DNA from: Laetmonice hystrix
Lineage: Eukaryota
Assembly (NCBI GenBank): GCA_965235115.1
Contig: OZ249438.1
Location: 18,724,001-18,788,000 of the forward strand
Direction of reading: 5' to 3'
Length of the DNA stretch: 64,000 bases
Below the pieces are notes generated by a model, which saw only the letters and a list, made by a program, of their open reading frames with translations, had not been told where the DNA came from and did not search any database. Shown here piece by piece: positions 50,201 to 62,934 of this stretch (its first letter is position 1; every line of letters begins with the position of its first letter). A program made the translations under genes and the position numbers.

Positions 50201-52305
50201 TATCGGTAGGCCTATATTAGTTGAATTACTAATAATGCCTAACTGTGAACAGGGACAGCCGGTTTAATTATCATCCAACTATATATACTCGGGGCCACGT
50301 TAAGGCCGATATTAGCGGTAAAACCCTCCTTGTGTATACAAGCGTTCATGTAGGCCGACGCATTCGGTAAGGTTCGTTCGTTTGTATGTGTTACTGTCCT
50401 TGATTTATGTATTAAAGTCTGTAGATATTATAGGTCTATAATTTCTGGGATTAATCTCTCTATATCCAGAAAAAAATTATATGCATTTATAAGGTTAACA
50501 GCTATTTCGTTGCTAATGTGTCGTTAAATTATTAATTTTGTTTAATTTATTGTTGATTTATTTATTCTTCCAAAATTCAAAGATATAGTTCTGTACCTAT
50601 CCCGAAGTGCATTCCTTTAACCAGTAAGGTAAAAATGCCCTTGGCCTAGATGTATAATAGCACGCCGATGAAAAGCATTCCCCTTGTCATACGGTGCAAT
50701 ATGCCGCGTAACTCAAAACACCGTCCAACTTCCCCACAGTCAGCACCAGTTTCATAACCACCACGATAACACACATCAAATCTAGACAAGATTAGCAATG
50801 ACAGGCAGACATTATTATGTTGAGCAGATGATTCAGCAACTCATGTTACCCTTGTGTACGTCATACGGTCTATTCCATTTAGGCAGTCCCGTTATCTTTA
50901 TAGTCTGTTGGCATCATTTTGGCCACTCCGTACGTTGTTATATTATAGTCTATATAGTCTTGCTTTGGTTGGCCCCATAATAATACGATAGGGCAAATTA
51001 ACATTTTACCTCATACCTTGAGAGTCAAATCGTATACAGACAATTCAGTATTCTTCTTAAAGTGATTTAAAGAGAAAATAGAGATCAATCAGGCAATTGG
51101 ATTCGTTTCCCTGTATAACGTGATGGCAATATTTGTCTCTACTTATAACATTATTAAGGAATCTGTGCAGCAAGCATAACCAAATTTATTATTCACCTTT
51201 TAATCAGACTGTCCTGTTAAAAATATAACTGTTGACCTAGGACCTGGGTTTCATTAGTTGTTGAAGGTCAAGACCCGGGTTCCATATGTACTTAATGTAT
51301 TAACTTAGAAGCGGCAACAGAGACTTTACCACACCGTGTTTCAATATGTTGGCCAACAGCAAGATTGGTTAGGCTCATTAAAATTCATTTAGGCCTAGAT
51401 ACAGATTCATTTATCGGACGTGGTAGTATCATCTTTTTGGATTAAGATTGAATAATGTCGGATAGTCTCCAAATAGCGTGGGTATATTAGTCTAAAGCTA
51501 TAAGTTAGGCTTCCACTAACAGACCTATGTACCCGGACTTTACATGCGTATGTACACATTAATAGGTAGTGTCCATGGAGATTCATTATAATCTATCATC
51601 ACCTTAGCTTTACGTGTTAAGATGTTGTCTAGGCCAATGACGATAGCTGCAGCTATCGACAGGTGGCACTCCCGACTCTCTAAGCCTCGCATCATGCAGT
51701 GCGTGAAATTATTCGCCCGATTAGAGAATAAATTGACGTAATGGCTTGTTTATTTGTTTTCCTTTCCAAATCCATCCTGGCTTGTCATTTCGGCGAGCGG
51801 GACAGTCCTTGGTTTGGTGGGGGTGTGGGTTGTGGGTGGGGGTTGCACCCCATTTATTCGCGTTCGACACCTAGAAGTCGTACATGTAGAATACTAGGAC
51901 ACTGTCGACACTGAATGACCTAGACCGGTAGTAACATGGCACTCCGTCTGGTTATCATATTAGTGACGGCTCTCGTTTAAAACCAAGTTGTTGTTAAGTG
52001 AGTTATCACCTTGCTGCTGATAGGATGAACCAACAGGAAATTAATTAATCTCTGGAATTACGAAGCCTCTAGGATTCTTTTTTTTCCCAAATGGGATTGC
52101 TAGTATACATTTACTGCAAGGCCTGGATGATAGAAAATCGTTCTCTAAAAAGAAAAAGAAAATGTTAAGACATAGATTAAAAACTATATTTCGTGCGGAG
52201 TTTGTCGGTCTCGGTTATTTTTGGAGTGGTACAATTTAAATTTAATATGGCGTATTGCTAAGCCGAGGTAAAACACCGAGAGGATTGCTGTGGTGGGAAC
52301 ACATA

Positions 52306-53936
52306 CAGTGTCAGCCGGTGAGGACTTCCTCCGTAATACTTACAGTGTCAGCTGGTGAGGACTTCCTCCGTAATACTTACAGTGTCAGCTGGTGAGGACT
52401 TCCTCCGTAATACTTACAGTGTCAGCTGGTGAGGACTTCCTTCCCAATACTTACAGTGTCAGCTGGTGAGGACTTCCTCCGTAATACTTACAGTGTCAGC
52501 TGGTGAGGACTTCCTCCGTAATACTTACAGTGTCAGCTGGTGAGGACTTCCTCCGTAATACTTACAGTGTCAGCTGGTGAGGACTTCCTCCGTAATACTT
52601 ACAGTGTCAGCTGGTGAGGACCTCCTCCGTAATACTTACAGTGTCAGCTGGTGAGGACTTCCTCCGTAATACTTATACAGTGTTAGCCGGTGAGGACTTC
52701 CTCCGTAATACTTACAGTGTCAGCTGGTGAGGACTTCCTCCGTAATACTTACAGTGTCAGCTGGTGAGGACTTCCTCCGTAATCCTTACAGTGTCAGCTG
52801 GTGAGGACTTCCTCCGTAATACTTACAGTGTCAGCTGGTGAGGACTTCCTCCGTAATACTTACAGTGTCAGCTGGTGAGGACTTCCTCCGTAATACTTAC
52901 AGTGTCAGCTGGTGAGGACTTCCTCCGTAATACTTACAGTGTCAGCTGGTGAGGACTTCCTCCGTAATACTTACAGTGTCAGCTGGTGAGGACTTCCTCC
53001 GTAATACTTACAGTGTCAGCTGGTGAGGACTTCCTCCGTAATACTTATACAGTGTTAGCCGGTGAGGACTTCCTCCGTAATACTTACAGTGTCAGCTGGT
53101 GAGGACTTCCTCCGTAATACTTACAGTGTCAGCTGGTGAGGACTTCCTCCGTAATCCTTACAGTGTCAGCTGGTGAGGACTTCCTCCGTAATACTTACAG
53201 TGTCAGCTGGTGAGGACTTCCTCCGTAATACTTACAGTGTCAGCTGGTGAGGACTTCCTCCGTAATACTTACAGTGTCATGCAGCTAGTGAGGACTTCCT
53301 CCGTAATACTTACAGTGTCAGCTGGTGAGGACTTCCTCCGTAATACTTACAGTGTCAGATGGTGAGGACTTCCTCCGTAATACTTACAGTGTCAGCTGGT
53401 GAGGACTTCCTCCGTAATACTTACAGTGTCAGCTGGTGAGGACTTCCTCCGTAATACTTATACAGTGTCAGCCGGTGAGGACTTCCTCCGTAATACTTAC
53501 AGTGTCAGCTGGTGAGGACTTCCTCCGTAATACTTACAGTGTCAGCTGGTGAGGACTTCCTCCGTAATACTTATACAGTGTCAGCCGGTGAGGACTTCCT
53601 CCGTAATACTTACAGTATCAGCTGGTGAGGACTTCCTCCGTAATACTTACAGTGTCAGCTGGTGAGGACTTCCTCCATAATACTTACAGTGTCAGCTGGT
53701 GAGGACTTCCTCCGTAATACTTACAGTGTCAGCTGGTGAGGACTTCCTCCGTAATACTTACAGTGTCAGCTGGTGAGGACTTCCTCCGTAATACTTACAG
53801 TGTCAGCTGGTGAGGACTTCCTCCGTAATACCTACAGTGTCAGCTGGTGAGGACTTCCTCCGTAATACTTACAGTGTCAGCTGGTGAGGACTTCCTCCGT
53901 AATACTTACAGTGTCAGCTGGTGAGGACTTCCTCCG
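52306..53936. repeat. Minisatellite, 37-bp unit x ~44, containing a 372-bp block duplication
   Basis: Unit TTACAGTGTCAGCTGGTGAGGACTTCCTCCGTAATAC; no unique spacers. Confidence 0.97.
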
Positions 53937-54972
53937 GCAATAATAGGCCCTCAATCACTTTTTCCCATTCATTTGATATTTACCTGCAATATGGCTGATA
54001 TATTACTCTTCCTTAAAGAAGCTAAATCAACTTTACCTACATAGATGATTTCGTCTTCTTTATCTCATGTTGTGATGGTGAAGCGTATTTATAATAATTA
54101 GCGATATTACGTCCTTTATGTTATATTTTTTGCCCAAAATGTCAATAACGGCATAGCGGTTTTCTTCTATTAATATGATCCAGTTTAGTCCCATAAAAGG
54201 ATCTGTTATATTTTACTTGCTAAGGTTAGATTGAGACTGGCGAACGATTAATAATTTGAATTCTTAGTGTACCGTTTTCAAATGTAAACACAATATGAAA
54301 GGAGCGGGCGGCGGATTCATATTAACTGTATAGTTCTTTCGTAAATATAATGAATAACTATGATCAGTTCCTTTTTGGAAATAACAGAAACTGTATAGAT
54401 TAGACAGGAGTGACTTGATACAATTTTGCTACAGTCGAAATTAACGAAGGAGATTGCCTCACCGGACTATAGTATGCAGTGGGGCCTAACTGTAAGAAAC
54501 CGTGCATTCATTACAACAATATAATTAATGTCACAGGTTATAAACGCTTAGTGATAGAAAATGAAATTCGGGCCCCAATCAAAATGTCAAATAATGCTTC
54601 ACAGCAATAACTGTCTTCAAGGTTTGTTTGCATTAGGTTAGTGCGGTTTTTAAGAAACGTGACGTTTCACCCGGGTCGGCTGACGTTCCAAGCGACTCAA
54701 CTGATGCCAGGTCATCGTGTGGGTCCCTTGGTTCAACAACCTGGGAAGGCATCGCCGTCCGCGATAACTGACCTTCCCGGTCTCCTGCCCCGGATTCTCA
54801 ATTATGCATGGGAGGAAACAGATTGGAGCGTGGGCGGTGGTGATACCTTGATCAATGAGTTGCCTGATTTCAAACGACCCGTTGGGGTTACCAAACAAGG
54901 GTGGTCTTTCCAGCTGCCGCGACGTCACAATTCAATTTCTCATCGACTGCCCTTCAATTTACTTTCGGCCCT

Positions 54973-55167
54973 ATCCACTAAGGCGATTTTCCTTGCGACG
55001 CCCATGCGATTTTGACATCAGCATTTTATTTTACTGTAATTTTGAGATTAAAGGATGAAATCCATTTCCTGAAACGGAGAAGGCGAGCCAGAAAAGATTT
55101 CAGAGAGAAATTCCACCATTAAATCAAAAATCGCATGGCCATCGCAAGAGGAATCGCTCTAGTGGAT
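54973..55167. mobile_element. Short palindromic MITE-like element
   Basis: ~40-bp imperfect inverted arms ATCCACTAAGGCGATTTTCCTTGCGACGCCCATGCGATTTT / AAAATCGCATGGCCATCGCAAGAGGAATCGCTCTAGTGGAT. Confidence 0.6.
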
Positions 55168-57621
55168 GTGCTGAACCCACCAAGGCGGGCACTCTGGTCA
55201 GTGCAGTTGAGACGCACGACTATTTAGTTGTTGACAGTTGCACAACTAAACAGTCGTACGTGTATGCTGGGCTTAACGTTGTAGAGCCCCACCTTGGAAT
55301 GATTAGGCCTATAGGCATGTAGTAAATTATGCAGAGTGTAATGTTTTATGGTGTATCAATTTTGAAAGAATTTGGTATAGAGTCTATGCATATGGCGAGT
55401 GTTTCAACAATCTTTCTTCATTGTGTAGGCCTAAATATTCGTTACGATCTCACTTAGTTACATCGGTTGAGCATCATAGAATTGTCGTGATTCATCACAC
55501 ACTACAACTCTAGCAACTCTGACCCCAGACAACTTATACACACCTATCAATAATATGAATATCGATCCAGGTGTGGAGACTCGATCACACCACAGATCCA
55601 GATCGGAAGTAAACCCCCAACATGAATCAGAGCTCTTTGTCACCTGTTGATACTCTCCAGTCCGCATTGCCGCCACTTGCCGTCAATTACACTGACATAG
55701 TTATATATAGTCTGTCAACACGTGAACGTCGGTTGACGTTATGTACAAGTAATCGCCCTGGTTACCTTCAGTCTTTCACGCACCCGTCGTGCGTCACCCA
55801 GTCTCACGCCGTCCGGCTGCGCGTGCGCACGTTAATAGCGCAACCCGTCATGGGCAAGCATTCTCGGACCTTGTGTTTACGTGGCCTCAGCCACAGTTAG
55901 GACTACCATGGGGACGCTCAGGAGGCGAGACGTGACTTCACCGTAGCTTTTGAGGATTTTACATTCTTACCGTTTACATGTTTTAGAAACAGTCTCCGGA
56001 TTCATGTAAAGACTTCGGTTTCTGCTGAAACATTAGACAAGATCTATCAACAGGTGGTTCAAAAAGGCAGCTTCATCTCATCATCATCATGAAGGTTTGG
56101 CGGATGGTACTGGGAAGCTGAGTCCGAGCAGTCAGAGCGACTTGACCGAGATTTTACCGACCACCAATCGTCTTCCGTTTACTAGATCGCACCTAAAATG
56201 TTTGCCAGTGATGATACTTGTTTACCTTCCCCGTGGTAAGAAATCCTTTAATAATATCAAACTTGATTTCAGATATAGATCTTTGTCAAGGTATCTGAGC
56301 AATCGATTCATTCGTATATGGACATTGTTTCATATTATTATGTTCTTAAGTAGGCCTATTGTTATGTTTACATACCAGTCAATCAGAGGGGAACACTAAG
56401 CTTCCTTCGGATTTATGTTTATACCTGTATTCGTGTTGGTAATTACCCGTGTATACATTATGATGTCGATGTGATGTCGATACCGTATACGTGACCCTGT
56501 TTCCCTGTATATATGGGCCCCCTCAATATAGGCGTCAGGTCAGACTCCATGGAGCGTCAGTGAATCCAGCGTATAGCGGCGTCGGCTGGCGACCTTCTGA
56601 TGAATGTTTCTCCGGAGGTAAAGACCTTGACTTCAGCGTGCCCCTTACATCCACCCACTTTGGTTCCATCGGTTCCGACCTCCATACCCGCCCCCTCAGC
56701 CAACTAGTCTTTCTCTTTCTCTTTCTGTCGCTGCGCCTCGGGGGTTGTTCCGTCATCATGGATTGGACCATTTCCTGGCTACCTCGGGTAATTTCTATGT
56801 GTCAAAGTTAAGCAAGACGACTAAAGTCATCGAACCAATTTCACTAACATGCATGGTGGAAATGGCTTCGAAGTGCCCATGCGTGCACCGGAGGATTGAG
56901 TTCACTTGGACTTGCAGTATTTGGAGACAACAACTGGCAAAGTGGCTGAGTGGACTTAAGATGGAGGGAACAGTTGATGGGAAAGTGCGAAGTTCAATGA
57001 GCAGCAGGCAATGATAAGAGCACCACGCTATAGATAGCTCTGTTAACAGCCAATATCATGTTAGAGAGCTGGATTGTGATTTGTGGTTTGCTCGAAGTAA
57101 AGTCTCATATTGTGTCCGTTTATCCATGGCCATAATCCCATGTGCGACAGTAACATCTGCAAAGATATGCTTTTTAGTTTGTGCCACTGCCAGTGCAGAA
57201 TTGCCTTGCCACCGAGAGAACAGTTTGGAAAAGCCTATACACCTGTTTCATGTCACCGACTGCGTCTCTATAAAGTCGCACCAGAAGAAAACAGAACCTT
57301 TCACGCCTTTCAGAAGGAAAGAAAGAAAGCTACATGTATTTAGACTTGTGTAATTGCTCTATTTTTAATTTATCAGTACACAATCTGAGTCTATCAGAAC
57401 ACCTCATGGCGGTTTCGAAAGTTATTGACGCTATAATATGTAATAAAATATACTCTTATTCTCACAACATCTTACATCCACCATTGCTACGTAAAATGTC
57501 CACTTATATACTATTATTGAATGCAGCGGGGTGTTCTCTTTCCAAGTTTTCATCCTCATTTCCGTTTTAATACATTGACTTGTCTTTTCTTGTTCACAGG
57601 AGCCTCAAGTCTTCCTTGAAG

Positions 57622-57843
57622 ATGCCGATAGGCGTGTCGCAAGCACGGGCGGGTACGCAGTTCGACCTGACTAATCGCTACCACAGCCAGGGTCTAGCCG
57701 CTGGCGGCTCGGCCTTGCTTGACGCCATCAACCGCGGAAAGGTTCATCTCGCCAAGTTTATTCTCGATGCTGGTGAGAGTGATGTCGTGAACACGCGAGA
57801 CTTCAAAGGCAAAACGCCTCTAATTCGTGCTTGCTATATCAAG
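57622..57843 (+). CDS. First coding exon (74 aa, 3' partial gene) of an ankyrin-repeat protein, ANKRD63/ANKRD34-like
   Basis: Pyrimidine-rich acceptor ...TTGTTCACAG at 57599, ATG at 57622, donor AAG|GTGAGT after 57843. SALLDAINRGKVHLAKFILDA...VNTRDFKGKTPLIRAC is ankyrin-like and close to recalled ANKRD63 GKVHLARFVLDA. No later exon recognised in the window. Confidence 0.82.
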
Positions 57844-59923
57844 GTGAGTCTGTCTGACAAGTCTAATGTTACAAAGGCCGATAGGGATTGGGTGGGCGGG
57901 AGTAGGGTGTGAATTCGTGGGTCTTGCTCAGTTAGATTGATACTTGTAGAAGTGTAGAGTCTAGCGTATTGCCTCTCACTTGCATTGTCATAGTGGCGAC
58001 CTTGTAGATGGTTTGGAGGTTCACTTGTAAACAAATCACTGCCTTTTTCGCTTGTTGGATATTTAAAAACATAGTTTGGATATGTGTAAGTACAAGGGCT
58101 AGCTACATCACGCCTATATACATAAAGGAAGTCAAAGTTCGTATACTATTTATCGTATTGCTGATTAAAGCCAGGATCTATTCTTTCTACCCACCTGTAC
58201 CTGTCATTGAATCTGTATTTTTGGGGCAAACTATAGCTGTACACGCTCTCACTTTCCTCTCGGACAAGGACTTCAACTTTAACAACAGGATATTATTACT
58301 CTGTTTGACAAACCAACACTGCAGGTGTCCATGCCCATTTTGGAGATGCAGCTGATAGCTACTTGTCAAAGACAATTTCATAAAGTTTATATACCCTACA
58401 ATTATAGTAAGGAAGGAATGCATGATTGCTTATTATGGCTGGTCACAATTATGCACATGTATGCACTCATGATGGCGACTGATTTCCACTGTGACCATGC
58501 CATATACACTGTATAAGAAAACAATGGTGGCGACAACTGTTGTGAGAAACAAATGTTCCCCGCTCCGGATTTTAGATTAACGTATACACCAGGGCCAGTA
58601 ACATTTACATATGTCCTCGCTATGACGTCATAGAAGCCAAGGACGAGTGATAGGACAACTGTCAGTCTATTTGGTTCCGGTAAGGTCAAAGTTTAGATTT
58701 GACGTCATCAGAATACAGAAGGCGTCACCGCACTAGGGGAACCGACAGTGTACTCCTTCCATAGTGCCGTAGTAGGCATTGCCGAAACCCTTCAGGTGTT
58801 CGTCACTGAAAGGTCAGCGCAGACAACACATTACGTCCTGACACTTCGAGTTGTGCGCTTGAACCAACGTGACGAATACCTGTCCCAAAATAGCAAGCAG
58901 TCCCATTGGAGAGTGAAGCCGTCCCTATTAGGTGCCGAAAAAAGAAACGATAATTCAGCACACGATGACCCCTGAGAACTATGATGTCCGCTAATTATTG
59001 TAAACATAAACCATACATTCTTTTGGCCTTGGGAAGTCGCAGATGGATTATCTATAATATTTATAAACCGCTTAGCCGTGGTATATCCGTCGCACTTCAT
59101 TATCCACACGCAGTCGATGGACTACAGAACGTTGGGCCCTGAACAAGCATAATGTCACGCTCTGTGACGTCACCGGAGGGGGTAATCTTGCCATATACCT
59201 ACCTGCATGGGGGTAGGGTTATCAATCACGTGACCTGTCTATGACGTCTGCATAAATTAAAAGTTCACCAACTCCAACTTGGTCTTCACCGACGTTTACC
59301 AAAGCCTGGGCATGCTTCTGGGCTCTAACTGTCGAGTATAGATATCATGAAAAGGATCTACGGACTAGAACTGAAGATTGCCTGTATAAAATAGACAGAT
59401 CTTGCGAAAATTACGTCAGATTGTCTTTGTTTACATGTCGAAGCGAGCCTTGTCGCTGCACCTGCCACCTACTGTCAGCTCACAAGGTGGGCGGGGCATA
59501 GGCTAAAGACGGCTCCACCAATAAGATTAGAGGTTTGAAAATTTGCATATGGGTCGAAAGCATTATGGGATGTCGATGGATGAAACAAGGCGGAACGGTC
59601 ATGCACAAACAAACGCCAAAAAATGCTTCTCGGATCTAAAGATCGTGTCTGTACATCGTGAAGATGATGTATACCCAAGGACCTAAGACTGAATGTATAA
59701 AATATTCTTTTCTTACCGATGGTAGCGGACATTGTGTTGTGTGTACGTGTCTGGACCCAGTTCGAATGAATGAATGAGGGAGAGACCTCTTGCCCTGAGC
59801 CTGGCTTATGGGATTTCAATGGACGACTCGAAGCCAAAGGGCGGTGTGCACGTCGAGAAACACGAAGAATACAAATAAATGTAGTGTCAAGTGTTTTATT
59901 TAATAAAGTATTTGCTTTATAAA

Positions 59924-60028
59924 GGCGTTAGATCCTGGTCGTTGGTGGTCGCCCTCGGGTCTGCTCCTCGGGAAGGGTTATCTGACACCAGACCTCGGGC
60001 GATCATGCAACGACCAGGATCTAACCCC
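59924..60028. mobile_element. 105-bp hairpin-shaped mini-element with 4-bp TAAA direct flanks
   Basis: ~40-bp imperfect inverted arms around a ~25-nt loop; TAAA at 59920-59923 and 60029-60032. Confidence 0.6.
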
Positions 60029-62471
60029 TAAACATACATGCATATTCTGCTCTGGAACATTGCTAAAGCGATCCGAAACCTCCACAAGCAATAGGGCCCA
60101 TGGATAACCATGGTATAGTGCCTTTTACCGGCCACCATCTAATTCCCACAAAGTCTGTGTGTTAAAAGTAATTACCGATAGAAACTGACAGTTGACCGTT
60201 TGCCTACTGCGTCCATCTTTCCGCAGTCACTGCTGTGAGACTGCTGTGAGACCTTAAGAAAATGGCGTCCCTAGAGCCTACCCCATTCCCCATCACTGCA
60301 CATCTTCACCGACACTATGTACAATAATGGGTACTGGTGAACTCGGGCCGTGACCTCGGAACATGGTTATCTCGGCCCATGTCGGTTACATGACTTCATG
60401 TCCCATGCGTGCCCTGTCCCAGGCTCCATGCCTCACTCACCCCGACACCCGAGTCAGGTGGTCAAGTCAACGACAACGGGCAGCACTCATGCGCCCGACG
60501 GGCGTGCACTGGTGGTTGGACGGGGCCAGACATGCCAATTTGGTCGATCGACAACAAAGTGAAAAATCTCTTACCGGGCGCTTAAACGAACAGAAATTCG
60601 TCGCAATACCCTCCAACGCATGAAATGATGGCTGAAAGCTATTATTTATACGGAGAATTGTCAACTGGAGAATGAAATGTAGCCTACACTGGTTGGGTCA
60701 TGGATGGAGGCCGGGGACATGGCGTGCACTGAAGCGTCGGGCTACCGTTCAGCACACCCAGGCATATCTTCACGAAGGATCAGCACCAAGTCAGTGGTGT
60801 GGTTAGACCTGCTGATCGGTCTACTAGTACTATGACACGGATAATCTTACTCGCAGCTCTCAGTCTAGATTCTCTGACTACCTTGTATCCTCACCCGATC
60901 TGACAGCTGGTCGAAACTCGCGGCTCTGGCGACGTCACACTTCCGGGTGACCTGACTGTTTTTGATTGGCTGAATCAATCTCCTATGTGATAATGTGATG
61001 TAAAATGGCGCCGAATTCAATTCTCGGCTAGAGGTAGGGTACTCGTAGTTTAAGGTTGGCATTCTCGTTTATGTGAAACCTATTGACCTGCACTTATTGC
61101 TGATGTTATTCTTTATTGTATAAGGCATATGGGAAGGTATAAGGTAGCTGGATTGTTGCATTTAGCTTTAAAGTAAACTCGGTTAACCCTGGTACTTGTG
61201 CAGAGTGGAGAGTGGAGTCCTCCTATCTACCCTTAATAATAACATAGGCCTACCTATTTAGAACCTACATGTCTAATAGTAAACAATTGCCTCTGAACAT
61301 TTCTATGATAGCTTCGCGGAAGTTTAGATGTTGAAATAGCCGTCGAAACTGATTTAGCATTTAACACTCAGCCAACAATACATTCTAGACGTTATCGTTA
61401 ACTGCAAATTCCTAATTCGTTTGGTCATAATCAGCGCTCACGGGACACAAATCCACGTGTTTTTGCGGTAATTAAGCTTTCAGGTTGGATTCTGAGGAGG
61501 ACAATCAATATCACCCAGTTCTATTTTTGGTTCTGCGTTCAGTGAATTGCGAAAGGACGAAATGATGATGTATTTAGTGGATAAAGCACTGTCAGAGCCA
61601 GTCGAGACGTTGTTATGGCGAAATAATGCACGAGCCGAAGGCGAGTGCATTATATCGCCAGAACAACGTCGAGACTGGCTCTGGCAGTGCTTTATTTACT
61701 TTAGCACACAACCTATAACTATAAACAATTCAAACAGTGCCAAAACTACACCCAGTTGAGCTTTTACCGGCGATTTCATTCAGCAACTGTGGCCACCACA
61801 TCTTGTTTACATTCTGAGGTCGGGGGGCCTCCCACAATGACCTTTGAACCGGCCGATTTGTACCACGCTTCACTATTGGTCGATCGTTATCACGTGACTT
61901 TCATTGACTATAAAAGGAGCTTTCTGATTGGACGGAACATTAAGGCCATGCATTCAGCAATAGCGCCATCCCCTCTACTAGGCAAATGGACTCGGCGCGT
62001 CATTTAAACGATGTAAACAGAGTTCGCTGTGGGCATATCGAATCGAAACGACCCAACTGAACTATACAGACGGGTTTCTTCTCGTAATTCTATAACAACT
62101 GCGAAGTCTCAGCCATTAACACTCCATTAGTTGCTAGTTCTACCTATTGACAACCTTGAAGCGAGAACAGGCAAACACAATGAATTCGAATGAGCACCCT
62201 CTCTGATTGGTCAATTCATGACGCGTCATACCCGTGAATTATGGCTCTAATAATTTCACGGTTTTGGGCCTATAACACACGCTGGGAGCAGCCAGGCGTG
62301 TGCTAATCTCTTATAACCGACGTGGAATGAAGAAATGATTAGCCTACTCCATTCAAATGAGATGTTGATTATATGTGGGACAAGCAGCTGTCTCCTGGCC
62401 TTTTGGTTCTATTGTTTATGCACCTGTTTTATTTCTAGTCCGACGAGATACAGCTGCATTGTATGTGGTCA

Positions 62472-62934
62472 ATAGACCGTTCTCCAATATGGCCGCCGAG
62501 CGCCCGATGGTGACGCTCTTGTTGCCATGCCTTGGAAGCGGTACCCTAGCAACAGTTATAATGTGAGTAGTTCACGCTGAGGGGCGGTACAACAATAGTC
62601 TTGGTCAGATTGGGCGCTTAATTTAAATTGCCTCGTTGTTGACCAGGAATATCGTATTCGTACCGTGAACGTGACAAAGGAAATAACCAAGCAGTTGACA
62701 AGTAGGCCCACGTCCGCCAACAAAATGCTTACGTCACAGGAAACATTCCATATATTTCTGCCCGTGGCCGCCTTTCCTATACGATCCATGGGACAAAGTT
62801 TCTCGGAGTACGACGGCATCTTCTCCTATTGTCGCTCCCGTCCGTGCTGTAGGTCCCAGTGCTAAAGAGCAACCACAATGCTTCCCAAGACATCCGCCGG
62901 TTGACTAGTAGGGAGGCCATATTGGAAAAGTCCC
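62472..62934. mobile_element. MITE-like TIR element
   Basis: Imperfect inverted ends ATAGACCGTTCTCCAATATGGCCGCC / GGAGGCCATATTGGAAAAGTCCC. Confidence 0.5.

Noticed and set aside
52306-53936. CRISPR-like appearance (37-bp repeat with a small GAGG-ACTT-CCTC hairpin)
   Set aside because: No unique spacers, no cas genes, eukaryotic context; the same applies to all other arrays.
54641-55015. 124-aa + ORF and 92-aa - ORF with a faint Gypsy RT-like QLIDQGI
   Set aside because: Single short resemblance with no downstream RT motifs.
60350-60664. Candidate second exon of the ankyrin gene
   Set aside because: No phase-0 acceptor leading into an ankyrin consensus (LL..GA.VN..D..G.T.L) in any + frame examined.
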